This document shows positions 1 to 12,658 of a stretch of 64,000 bases of DNA, piece by piece. The notes under the pieces were generated by a model, which saw only the letters and a list, made by a program, of their open reading frames with translations, was not told the DNA's origin and searched no databases. Every line of letters begins with the position of its first letter. Position 1 is the first letter of the stretch. The translations under genes were made by a program, and so were the position numbers. The DNA comes from Marsupella aquatica (lineage: Eukaryota > Plantae > Marchantiophyta): NCBI GenBank assembly GCA_973895155.1, contig OZ316896.1, forward strand, positions 744,001 through 808,000, written 5' to 3'.

Positions 1-1249
1 TTGTTGGATGGGGTCTTGTCCCCTTGTGGCTACCCTACATAAAAATGCTTGCTCCAAAACAGTAAATCTATCCTCTGTTGGATTTGGATGAGCTTACTTT
101 CGGTTCTCAAGGCAAAAAAATAGCACAAACTCCAAACTGGCAAATGAATAGAAATTTAGATAAAAGAATAAAAACGTGTTTGAATAGAATGAATAGAATA
201 GATTCTAAAGTTGATCGTCTCCCGAGTCGGAGGATCTCCCAAGTCAGCAGGTTCGGGGACTTTCTCCCGAGTGGGTAGGTTCGGTCAGAGAAAAAGTGCG
301 GGCCCCGGTTAGAATCATAATGGTTAGATGCGCCCCGTGCATTTTGACCCCGTGGTCCAAACCGCGTCCTTAGCTGGGACCCTCTGAAGTCCTGGGACGG
401 TTCAGAAACGGTCCCTATCCCTCCCGAGCGACTCCAGCTTCTCCTCTGTCTCTAACAGGGAACTCGGCGAAACTCTCGACAAATCCTCGAAAAATTCTCG
501 ACAATTCATTCTCTAGGATTACAGGAGATCGGAGCTCCGAATGCGGAGGACGTGGCGGTGGGAGAAGCCAATTCGACCGAGGATTGCGGAAATTTGGTGC
601 GTGAGGAAGTTTGTACGCAAGGCGGCTTCGTGAGTTTCGGGCCCCTTTTCGACTGTCGAGCGCTACTACTAGTGTTGAAGTGTTCTGTAGTAGTCATGCC
701 GGAATCGAAATGTGCTTGGCAGGTAGCGGAGAGAATATTGTCGGCGAGCACTTGTTTAATGATTTTTCGCCAGAGCGGACAGGAAAGCTGACCGATGCGA
801 TAGAGCTTTGGACTTGTGCGCGAACATTTTTGAAGAGGGCCCTGCTACCATCGCCTCGGTCGTACGTTAGCGGTCCTTTTGCCCTTTCTCCTTCGGTAGT
901 AGGCTGGTAGTACTGATTGCGTGGGCCAGAGGTGTCATTGTCACTCGAAGAAGGCACGTCTTGTGTGTGCGCTTCGTCTTCCTATCTGCCGGGATACGAT
1001 TTTACAAAGTTTGCGTCTCTCCGGCGGCAAGTTGCTAATAACGGAGCTGGGAAGGAGGAGTGGGAGGAGGAGGAGAATTGATTGAGCGACCTAATCAGAA
1101 GTGTCTCGCTGTGGTTTTGAGTTGCCTACAGATTACAGAGGTGGAGGAGGATTTCGGAGGAGAATTGAGTGAGCCGACTGCGTAGAGAAGGGGGAGGAGG
1201 TTTGCATTCTGGACCAGGATTGACCCGGGAAGAACAGATAGAGAGGGAG

Positions 1250-4200
1250 ATGGGGGAAGTTCCAGCAGATGTGATGGCGGTAAAGTCTCTGGTGGAGGAG
1301 AGGAGGAACGCAGGGGTTGATGTCGAGGCCTTGAAAGTGGTGTGGGAGGGGGGCGAGGAGGCGAAAAAAGTCGCTGATAAGATGAAGCAACTCGTGGCCA
1401 GTGATCCGGTAGATTTCTGCATGTTTTTCGTTTATCCTTTTGTAAATTGAAGTTTTTCTGATCTCCTCAATCATGTTTCCTGGATGGCCTTTCCGGAATG
1501 TCTTGTCAATTACACACCTTGTACTCAATTCTCGTTCGGAATGAAACATTCAGTGGAATCTCTTCGTCATGTGTAATTAATTAGGGTGGATTAGAACAGC
1601 GGTGTCCTGCGACTTTGGAAGCAGAACTACAAGTAATGAAATGAGTTGTGATGGTTATTGTGTATAGGTATTCATCAAGGACAATCGGCCACGGATCGAC
1701 CGCAAGGACTTGTATAAGCTCTCGCTGAGAAAGGCAGCACGTGCTTGGCAGCTCGTTCAGGAGCTCTCATTGACAGGTTTGCCGTGTACCAATAAACCAA
1801 GCCGATGTTTGTCATCCTGTACCGGGTTTTTACTATTGTCGAGTACTAATTAAGGTCCTTTGTCATCATTTCATCGACCAGCAACAACCTAATATAGTCA
1901 TGTACTTACAGTATATGCCAATTTTAGCCTGCAATCGTCTCAAGTTACCCTCGTGCAACCCGTAGAGTAACGCCCTTGGCCCTAGAGATTATAGTGGTCT
2001 AGCTTCTGGAGGTAGTTTACATGTCCAGGCTTTCCACTCTTGGATAATCCGAGGGTGAGAATGCATGAGGAGATTAGCGTAACAGCTGCCCATCACCTTG
2101 GCACGTTGGAGGTCATTTGAGGCTTTCGGAACGCTTGTTTTTTCCATTTGTTCATCATTGGACAGAAACGGAAACGATCGTTTCTGTCAAATTGGAAATT
2201 TCTTGCGCTATGACGTGCTTCGGCCCCTGCAGCATACGCATTGCCCCAGACAGTCACTTCACCCACTTATCTAGAGATAGTTAATGTCAGCTGAATTCTT
2301 TAACTCACATGGGCAGGAATGTGTGTTTGTTAACAGAACAGGAAGCCAGCTATTTAAGGCATTTCATTGACGAGCCCACTTACACAGACCTTCACTGGGT
2401 AGGCTGATTTCTACCCTGCCATGAGGAAGTTAGAAGGAACGCGTCGTCTGAAGTCGGAACTTTTTACTTTGCTTCTCTTTGGAATCACAATCGAAATTGG
2501 CAATTAGTGAGGCACTGAGATGAGATACCAGAAATGTCTTGCAGTTCTTGAAATATGCTGTTGATGTTGAAGGTATGGCGAGAGAGTGTATATGAAAGAG
2601 GACACGTGACGTGTCCTTACCCGTAACTATCTTATCCACCCACCTAGAAAATACTTTCACCTTCAGCTTTTTCCAGGGGAATTCTGACCTTAATTGTAAT
2701 GCAGGGTATGTTTATTCCAGCCCTTAAGGGTCAAGCCACTGAGGAACAGCAGAAAATTTGGCTCTCGAAGGCGTACAAAATGAGCATTATCGGCTGCTAC
2801 GCACAAACTGAACTAGGACACGGCTCCAATGTGCGAGGGCTGGAGACCACAGCTACATTTGATCCTTCTACTGATGAGTTCATCATCCACAGTCCAACTC
2901 TTACTTCCACCAAAGTATACTTCCGAATCCATGACTTGGCCATAGCATTTCCATCCTTAGAAATTTCGGAGAACCAGTTGTCTTTGCGGGGCAAAAGGGT
3001 TTCCCAAATATTGTATTTTCTTAAGGACATGTTTCACACACTTCCGTATGGTGTGAATTTATCTTGTTTGGTTGCTGACTCAAAAGTTCGAAATGTAAGA
3101 GAGAACAAATTCTACTCACATGAGCTCCAGTCACGACTGTTGAAAACATCTAATGCTATTCATGAATATATTGTGTTTTTGCCAGTGGTGGCCTGGAGGA
3201 CTTGGGCAGGCATGCACTCACGCATTACTGTATGCTCGACTGATTACGAAAAATAAAGATTACGGTGTGCATGGTAAGGGTGTTTTTCCTACTTTAATTA
3301 TGGAGAAATTGTTCTCCATTACAGTTGCGTGGTTATTAAGATTGTGAAATTATTGGAGTAGCAATACATTCTTCTAGCTGGCAGAACTCGCCGTGTTCTA
3401 TTCTGAAGGAGTCAACAGTCGTGCAAACCGGGAGATCTCTTCACCTTGTGACCTTTCTCTAATGTGAGGAGGCTTTGCAAAGCGACGAGAAAAGAAGCAC
3501 CAAGCATCTAATATCACATTGTACATTTACAATGTGGACACGATGCATGACAACTGCTAGGGGCCATTCAAGTGGCTGAGAACCAAGATTTTGTGCTTTT
3601 TTCTGTAATATGACCTTGAACTTGAATGTGCGTCCAGGATTCATTGTACCTGTCCGAAGCTTGGAGGACCATAAGCCGCTACCGGGTGTGACCGTTGGGG
3701 ATATTGGGGTGAAGTTCGGAAATGGAGGTTATAATTCTATGGATAATGGGTACCTCCGCTATGATCAGTTTCGGATCCCTCGCGAAAACATGCTTCAGAA
3801 GTGAGAATCTTGCCTCCCGAAGTGATTTGCTCGCATCACAATTGATGATGGCGATTCAAACAATTTTCCTGAGATCGACCTTAGCCAATTGTTGCATTGG
3901 AGTAGATATATGAATTGACAAAATCGATTGGCGTCTATATAATTTGGAGTGTTTAATAGTTATTTTATCATGTAATAGAATAGGGTAGACAGTTTATGCA
4001 ACTGTGTTACTTTAGTATGTTCTCATGTGGTTCCCACTCAGGTTGGCTGTGGTGACAAAGGATGGGACATATGTACGGTCGAAGTATCCACCACAGCTCG
4101 GTTATGGAGCGATGGTTTTTGTGCGTCAAAGTATAGTTAAAGACGCTTCAACTTATCTCTCTCGTGCCGCCACCATCGCGGTCCGCTACAGTGCTGTAAG

Positions 4201-6997
4201 ACGGCAATTTGGCAACACTGAAGACAAGGCTGAAACGCAGGTGCACTTTCGCGTTTATTCAGCTGTCTTTGTGGAAATAGCGAGGTGCAAGGCCCGTATG
4301 AGATTTGCCCAGCATCTTGAACCATCAACAATGAAGTTAAGTCTTCCCCTTGGATATATGGCAGGTGATAGACTATGCGACACAGCAGAGAAGACTCTTC
4401 CCTCTACTGGCAACAGCATATGCATATCGGTTTCTGGGAGAGTGGATGGGATGGTTGTATGCCGACGTCTTGAAACGCTTAGCAGCCAACGACTTCTCTA
4501 CTTTACCTGAAGTCCACGCCTCTACTTCGGGACTGAAGTCCATCTGTACATCTGTCACAGCCGTGAGTTGTCCAGAAATGCAGACCAACCTGCTTGCCCA
4601 ACCAAGTACAGTGTTTTTGATTGAGAATGATCTTGGATAGAATTGCAGGCATAAAATCATTTAGTTCGAATCATCCGTGACGAGTCACCTAGGCACACTC
4701 TCGAATGGTGGTCTCTCTTACAGGATCTATTCTTTTTTTCTTTGTTGCGTTTCAGGATGGCATTGAGGAGTGTCGCAAACTCTGTGGAGGTCATGGTTTT
4801 TTATGTAATAGTGGACTCCCTGAGTTATATGCTGCCTACGTCCCTGCTTGCACGTATGAGGGGGACAACACAATCCTCCTATTGCAGGTAGTTTCTTCTT
4901 AATAATTGTAGCGGCAAGATTACTGGATTCCCAGCGTCTTATCCTGTGGCAATTTGTATCTTCCCGTATTGTTTGTGGAGAATTTTCTTCTTTGTTCACT
5001 TTTTGTCTAGTTTGCTTGAAGATCCAAACTGTTGAAAATCTATCAGCCCTGACGGCCCAGATGAAACTCTGTGCAGGTGGCAAAATTCTTAGTCAAAACG
5101 CTCTCGCAGTTGAGCAGCAGGGCACCGCAGGGTACGGCTGCATATTTGGGTGATGTGCAGCGTCTGGCTACGGAAAACTCGAAAATTTCCAAGGGTAAGC
5201 CACAGTTTATCTTTAAGATAGCTTTGTGTCTTGGATCGGATTATTTACTAGAGCCTTCAATGCACAAGAGGTTTAGATCACTGATCTAAACCTGTAGTTG
5301 CATTAGGTACAGATATGCTCTTGCCAGGTATGCACCAAATCTAGCTTCGTAATTGAATGAGTGAATAATGTAAACTGTGCCTTACAATCTTCCCCCGTAG
5401 AGTTTCACAATTTCCAAAAAATGTTTGTCAATGTATTTAGATATACACGGTTGGTGAAATACAGTGGTCATTTTTGTGGAGACCAGCTACAACCCTCTTT
5501 TCATGATACAAGCAATGTGCATTCAAAACTGGTTTAAAACTAGGCATAGAGGAAGAACAAGGGTGCTGGATATTTTGGAAACAATAATTACGGGACTTTC
5601 GTACTAGCTACTTTTGATTTAGCAGTTGGTATTTTAAGGATCTATGTGAACCTTCTAGACTTTGGGGTGTTCGTAGGAGCGGATTGGTTGAATAATGCGG
5701 CCATTGTGGAGGCATTTCAAGCTAGAGCAGCACGGATGGCTGGAGCGGTAGCCTTGCAGCTAGGAAAAGCCGAAAATCTAGAAGCTGGTATGTGTTGTTA
5801 TTCTCATTTTGGACGATGACTGAGGAGCTCTTTGTGTTTCGATCGTTTGATATTGTAGCAATAGAGGAAGTGGATTCAGCTGCAAATCTAGCATATAACA
5901 ACGATTTTCGCATGTTGGCATAATGCAGGTTTTGAGGAGTATGCTCAAGACCTAGTAGATGCCGCCAGAGCTCATTGCCAACTGATCATCGTGGAAAAGT
6001 AAGTTGTGGTTCATACGTACTGTGCGAAGTTGGGTATCAACAGTTCTCCATAGTGAACTCTCCTTTGAATCAATGTTTGAATTGAACCTTCAGCATTATT
6101 AGAAAACCTCCATGTTTTCGTGCTCACCTACAACGGGAGTGTAGTGGAAACATTGACGGAAACTGTGGAGTATTTGCAAGAAGCTACCCACTCCCTTCTC
6201 TATGTCCTTTCATGCGATTCAATATCCTTACAAGTTCAATTTAATAAACTGCTATCAATTCAAAAAGAAACACAGGTTGATGTTTCGTTTAGTAGAAGGG
6301 GGGTGTCTTTCAAACTTCCTGTAGTATATCTCACTTGCTGTTTGTCTGGCAGGTATATAGAGAAGTTGCAAACGGACATTCCCGGGAAAGGTGTCAAGGA
6401 GATTCTGCAGGTTTTGAGTCATGTGTATGCCTTAGATTTAGTCAGCACCCATGCTGGTGACTTCCTTTCTACAGGATACTTGACAAGCAAGCAAGTTGCC
6501 ATGGCCAAGAACCAACTACGAGTACTTTTTGCTAAGGTTTGTTTGTTTTCTTAACGCGCTATTGTGTCGCTTTCGACGTTCACTGTAGGAATGTCTTTTG
6601 TGAGCGAGGATTGTGATAAGGGTGTTCGTTACTGCCTTGGCATGCAGAGGGTGCAAATATGAGATACGTTTGTATGCATATAATTTAAAAATATGCAGTG
6701 CCACATGCATATTCGTGTTGTGTCATGTATATATGACATGATGGCATGAAATTTGTCATATTGATTTCTTGATGTTCGTCTGGGCAGGTGCGGCCAAATG
6801 CGGTGGCCTTGGTAGATGCCTTTGACCACACAGATCACTACCTGGGATCAATTCTTGGTCGATATGATGGCGATGTGTACACTCACTTGTACGAAGACCT
6901 CAAAACCAATCCTTTGAATGATTCGGCTGTAACGGAAGGCTACGAGAGCTACTTGCGACCACTTCTTAAAAACCAATTGCAAATGTCGCGACTCTAG
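1250..6997 (+). CDS. ACX1: Peroxisomal long-chain acyl-CoA oxidase (ACX1/ACX5 type), 14 exons
   Basis: Exons joined at GT-AG sites: 1250-1408, 1668-1776, 2337-2398, 2705-2914, 3186-3273, 3638-3800, 4042-4240, 4365-4562, 4756-4887, 5077-5194, 5677-5787, 5929-5998, 6353-6536, 6788-6997. Motifs include [60 protein letters not shown] and [11 protein letters not shown]. The C-terminus is SRL*, a PTS1 signal. Confidence 0.96.
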
Positions 6998-8611
6998 TCT
7001 TTGACTGGCCAGCGGCGTGCAGTCAACCCGTCAACTTTAGTTGATTCATCTCAAAACTAATTATTTGTCCATAGTTTCTTTCATCAGGCTTAAGCGCTTT
7101 GAAAGCGGTCGTCTAAGCAACGTCTCTGGTTCAATTTATTTGTCCATAGTGTAAAGAAACTGTCCTGTCCAATTCGCTCTGTTGAGAATATACTGGAATG
7201 ACACTGGAATGACAGTAGTCCTTTCGGACCACCCTGAAATGGCGATTATAGAACCTTCATATTGAATTGCAGCCGTCAGCTCAACCAACGACTGCCACAG
7301 ATTGAAATATCCCTTGAATGTAGTGTTTCTGAAGAAATACTAAATGATTAATATGGCACTCGAAGGGTTATAGCAAGTGAGGCAGGTGAAAATGCACCGA
7401 CAGTGCAGCCACCTCACTGGCTATCCTGCCAAAGAGGAGAACGAGAATTTTTCTAGTTATGACAATTTTGAAAGGGTACCACTTTCTACCATGAATCATG
7501 TAACAGGGTCTTCGACATGAAATATGAGGTAGTTCCCTATCTCATCTTAGAAGAGTCGTCATTTTAAATTTTGAGGTAGTTACCAGTTAGTCAGGATGCT
7601 GTACAAGTGAAACCCATTTGAAGCACTGAAAATACATGTTCTCAAAGTCTTCACATCCGGATTTCCTAGATACAAAGTTTGTGGTTCTGATGGTCATTCA
7701 AGTCTTTGCTGCATTGCACATTACCATTACCATTACCACAGACATCACAGAAAACTTTTACATGTAAGTCCGTTAATATTTGGCGAAGAATCATGCGAAG
7801 TCTTGCATGTTTGGAGTATCAAGGTAGGTGAGAAAGCACTTTCAGGGGAACTTACTCTACTCCTTTCTTCTTTTCTATCTTGGTTTTATGGAGAGAGTCG
7901 ATTCCCATTTGGTGAAGCACTTGTGATGTCCTGGGTACTACAGGGCGCTTGAGATTTGTTTGGAAGTTGAGGGTTGAGAAATTTGGCACGTAAATTGGTG
8001 ATCTTCCTGCTCAATGGAAAGTTTTATAACATCAGTGTGCGGACCCAAGCGCCTTACAGGTACCCAGATCGCTCGTTATTTTGAGACTAGTCTCCATCGT
8101 TCCAAAATCAGATATAGACAGAGGTCCATTGAAGTTTTTCTCCACTGGAAAATTTTGTTCCCATCCCATTTACAGCAGAAATGGGCCAATTGCAAATATC
8201 TCGTCTTATGAGAAAGAATGATAGGGTAGTACAGTATTTGAAATTGCCAACCATGGCAATGCCCTAGTGGAGCCTCTCTCGTACTGGAAGATTGTTGTGT
8301 ATTTCAGAGGGACCTTTGAAAATCCTCGCCCTACACCAGATACCTGGACGAAGCGTAGTCTAAAGATTAACAAGTAGTACTTCAACACTTGAACAAAGGT
8401 ATTGTACATAAAAATTTTGAGGCTGCTATATATATGGCCGGAAACCTTTTGGTTATTTTGTCATGTCAGAATTGTTTGTTACACATTTTTATGTAAATCT
8501 ATCCACTTACTTTGTATTATTTCAAATTTAGTAATTTTTCCAACCCCTTAATTTTTTTCAATTCAGTTTAATTTATAAGGCCTAAACTTGTTCTTCTTAA
8601 GAAATTTTTTG

Positions 8612-8807
8612 TTTAAACCACAACTTGCCCTATATAAGGGGAAGTGTCCAAGACTTCCCCCTTTTTCCACATTTCAATTACTGTTTTCCTCTAGCATGTC
8701 TGTTTGCTCCACAATTTCAGGAAAAAATTACTTTTAATGGTAACTACGAGTAACCCATAGCTTTTGAAGGGCAACCCATAGCTTTTGAAGGGCAGTTGTG
8801 GTTTAAA
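8612..8807. mobile_element. MITE-like element with ~18-bp terminal inverted repeats
   Basis: tttaaaccacaacttgccc (8612-8630) and gggcagttgtggtttaaa (8790-8807) are reverse complements apart from one indel. The interior is non-coding and holds a 21-bp tandem duplication (aacccatagcttttgaagggc x2). No TSD was resolved. Confidence 0.5.
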
Positions 8808-9807
8808 TATCTTACTTATATTTCTCCTTATTTACATGAGAAGGTGAGATTCTCCATGCTCAACCAGGCAACTATGACTCAAACCATTGATGTACTGTAG
8901 CTTATATGTCCATTGGTTAGAAATTTGCAATATTTATGGTTTATAGATCAATAGGTGTCAGGTAAATAGAAAGCCCCTTCAAAATAAAGCCAAGAATGAA
9001 AAGGGTACAACGTACGCTTACTTCTCAGTCTTTCAATCGCAAACTACATTGACTTGTACATTCAAGTTAACGTATTTATCTTTCACCTAGAAAGTAGAGT
9101 ATGTTGAGAATATATCTAAACTGAAATAGATAGCATAAACACATGTGAACGACATCCATAGACTTTGACCCCAAAGGTACATGGTTCATCCCATTTGGGC
9201 TATGTCTACAACCGTGAGAGAAATCTAATAATACAACACTAATCCGACATGATCACACCTGCTCCATAAACAATGTGCTAAAACCCCTTGTCTCACCCTC
9301 TCTCCTGGAAAGTGAACCTTAAATTGTGACCACAAGTTTTTTTCAATTCAGTCTATGGGAACCTGGAAGTCAAACAATTGTTATCCTAGTATACTAAAGC
9401 TTAGCTAGTACTATGGCAGTAAATAGATTATACAGAGGCATATTAACCTAACACACTACCCCTCTTCACTTAAATATATGCCTTTTTTATGAACTTTCTT
9501 ATAATCATTATGTCATATGCTAGCTTGGAAAGTTAAGCCCCATGGACCACCAGGTTGGATCGCAGATCACACTTTGGTGGACCATGGGAGTTTTGGGCTA
9601 ATAACTTGATGATTATGAGTCTTAAAATATTTTTTAGTTTTTCACTGGCAAGGCAACTAGAGAAGGAGGAGATATTAAAAAACACAAGCCCTAATTCTTC
9701 ATATTAACACAACAAAAATTAATCTATTAGAATTTACCCTTCCGCATTCCATGATGAATAACTGAACCAAAATGGCCAACAATTTAGGTTGCTTTGATGG
9801 AATTGTA

Positions 9808-9906
9808 GCTTACCTACACCTCTAGGCATACTCAAACCAAAAAACTATTTGAATTTATGAACATCAAGTTCTTACAATTGAACTCAAATTTTGAGAAATG
9901 TGGTCC
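9808..9906 (+). repeat. Dispersed repeat, copy A (homologous to 34507-34604)
   Basis: The sequence ctacacctctaggcatactcaaaccaaaaaactatttgaatttatgaacatcaagtt...aaattttgagaaatgtggtcc aligns by eye with copy B. Confidence 0.75.
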
Positions 9907-11409
9907 GTGAGGGTCCTTTCTCCTTCCTTTTGTTAAATTTTTTTTGTAATAAATACTTGAGATCTGCTCCAGATAAGAATAAAGGCCGAAACCAGAGTTT
10001 TCCTGTTTTTTCTTCTCTTTGATTTCTAAAAACCCATCTGGAGGGGTGTGACTGTGGACGACTGAGAGGTTTGTGATGCCCTATTAGGGGGTCTCAACAT
10101 TAAGGCAGAAATATTTGCCGGTTGTCCGTGCCAGGTTTGGCATGGACAAGGTCAGAAAAACAACAGGCAGCTCTGGTTAACACACACAGTAGCAGTGGGA
10201 AATGCCTCTATTCCTTGAGTTGTCACTATCTTTGCTGTGAAAGACTGAAAGCGAGAGCCAGAGTGTCCCCTGATATTGAGAGGGAGTGACTAAAACATCC
10301 CCCTGATCCTGTCATCTGCTGGTCGTGGGAAGTTCCGAAAATTAGGGCCCTATACTGAGCAAGCTTAAAAAGGGGGGGCGGGGGGGAGACGAGAGGATGG
10401 CTGACAAAATTACATTTTTGCATCCTCAATATTGAGGTCCCCTATTAGATAAACAAGCCCCATGACCCATTCCTCGAACGTAAATAAGTATGAATAAAAA
10501 TATTGCACAATAAATTTTATATATTACACTATTTTGGTTAGTCTTTGCCCCATCCTTGTTTTTTGTCCATTCTCATTTCAGTTTTACTTACGGACCCCAT
10601 AGAGGTCCCTTCCAAAATTCCTGGAACCACAGTGTGCCATGTCAACAACAATCGCAACAAACAAGACTTATCGATTTTGTGAATCAAACTTAAAATTTTC
10701 ATTCGCTTTGTGTCAATTTGGGTGTAAATTTTGGGATGCCGTGCCGTAAAAAGAAAAGTAAAAACATTGGAAATGCAAACAGCAAGACGGTTAAAACTGT
10801 CACTATGTAACTGTTTTAGTTACATTTTCAATTTTAAAACTTAAATTCAAAGATTTATAAAAAGTATTTTTCATATAATAAATAATGACTAATAACTAAC
10901 TTGATAACTTCCTTGTTAAACCGCAACTCCCGGTATGTAAGGACCTCTCGTATTGTACGGCCATTAATGCTGGGAAGAGCACATAGAAACCCAGGATCGA
11001 GGAGGATGAATGGCTGGAATCTTGAAAATTCATCGAATTTTATACTCAAAACTATTTACTCAATCTCAAAACAAAAAATACCCAGTCGTAGATCCCATTG
11101 AGATCTTTCTTTTGCACCCTAGATCGTCTTCTAACATGGATGAATAAGATTTCTAGAGGCATTACAAAATGGACGGCAAAGATCGTAAAATCAACAAAAT
11201 CGACGGCTAGGAAGGCTTGGATTTGTTTAATTTTTCATTTGAAAAATATTAACCCATTTGCAAAACGGACAGAACCCATCCATAGATCTATTTGAGATCT
11301 TTCTTTTGAGCCATAGATTGGCCATTATGATGGACGGACTAGATTTCCGGAGATAAGAAATGAAAACGGCTCAGATCAACTCTTCCCCTTGATTTTATTA
11401 GCCAAGGGG

Positions 11410-11529
11410 TACTTTTGTCCATCATTTTGACCTTATTACAGGTTATCATTAGTTTTGTTTTTATTTAGAGTCAATGTCACTTTTGTCCATCAGTTTGACC
11501 TTATTACACGTTATCATTAGTTTTGTTTG
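11410..11529 (+). repeat. Short tandem duplication (~50-bp unit, 2 copies) in a TE-like AT-rich segment
   Basis: acttttgtccatca(t/g)tttgaccttattaca(g/c)gttatcattagttttgttt occurs at ~11411 and ~11479. Confidence 0.8.
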
Positions 11530-11807
11530 GGAGTTATGGTAGGCTAGACCTAGGCCCTTAAGTGTAGGTTGAGTTTGTTTCAGTTGGCGTTTTTATAATA
11601 AGATTTTTATTTTTAACTTTCCCAGCCCCTGCAGATAGGGACTGATGCACTCATGCACACCGTCCTGTACTCGTCCTATTGCACCCAGACCTCCATCATT
11701 GTCATTTCAATTATCTTCATCAGTCTCTCCGCTGAATAATAAAATTGCTGATGGTGTCACCGAGGCTCTCCCAAATCTCTCCCTTCTCTGCCTCGTCCTG
11801 CTTTCCT

Positions 11808-12151
11808 CCTCCTACTGGATCATGAACCATAGTCATCGTGGTTGAGCTCCATCGCTGCTCTGTCTGCCTCGAGCTCCTCCTTCTTCTCTCTGCCTTTCTC
11901 GTTGTTGGGTTATTTAGTGTGCCTGGCTCTCGCCTTCCTTCGCCTCCTCGTCTTCCGTCTCCTGCCTTTAGCTCCTCCTACTGGATTATGAACCATAGTC
12001 ATCGTGGTGGAGCTCCATCTCTGCTCTGTCTGCCTCGAGCTCCTCCTTCTTCTCCTCTGCCTCTCTCGTTGTTGGGTTGTTTATTTATTGTACCTGGCTC
12101 TCACCTTCCTTCTCCTCGTCTTCCGTCTCCTGCCTTTAGCTCCTCCTACTG
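11808..12151 (+). repeat. CT-rich tandem duplication, ~165-bp unit x2 plus a partial third
   Basis: tcctcctactggat(c/t)atgaaccatagtcatcgtgg...ccgtctcctgcctttagc occurs at ~11808 and ~11973, and tcctcctactg recurs at 12141. Confidence 0.9.
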
Positions 12152-12595
12152 CTGTTTGGTATCTACAGTAGTTGTCGGGTCGTTGTGCCTGGACCTCATC
12201 TTCTCCCTCTGCCTTGAGCTCCTCCGACTGTTGTTTGCTGTCTCGTTGTTGGGTCATTGTGCCTCGGCCTCAGCTTCCTTCACTGCCTCGAGCTCCTTCT
12301 CCTTCTTGCAATCTGTTATCACTGGTCATTGTGTCTGCTCCCATCTCCCTCTTGTGCCTCTTTTGGGCACAACGAAGAAGATCGAAGCTTGATCAGTTTC
12401 CGTGGTGCTCCCCGTCCTCCTCTTTGCAGTGTGCAGCAGTTCCATTCGTGAATCGGATCAGGTTCCGAGTGTCTTTGAGAAGATCCAACCATGATCGCGG
12501 ATTAGGAAGCTTCCATAGTGTGCTCTGGAGGTCCAGCCGGCCGGGGTGATCAAGGAGATGGCTCTGTACTTGCACGACTGTCTTTTGGACTGTTG

Positions 12596-12658
12596 GGATC
12601 ATTTAGCAGGTGATCGACTGTTGGAGATCGAAGATCTGGATCACCTGCTAAATGATCC
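12596..12658. other. Perfect 20-bp inverted repeat (hairpin), candidate small-RNA precursor core
   Basis: ggatcatttagcaggtgatc (12596-12615) and gatcacctgctaaatgatcc (12639-12658) are exact reverse complements around a 23-nt loop. The confidence refers to the hairpin; function is unproven. Confidence 0.85.

Noticed and set aside
11838-12549. 184-aa and 125-aa Leu/Ser/Pro-rich ORFs
   Set aside because: They have non-ATG starts and are by-products of CT-rich duplicated sequence, with no domain motifs.
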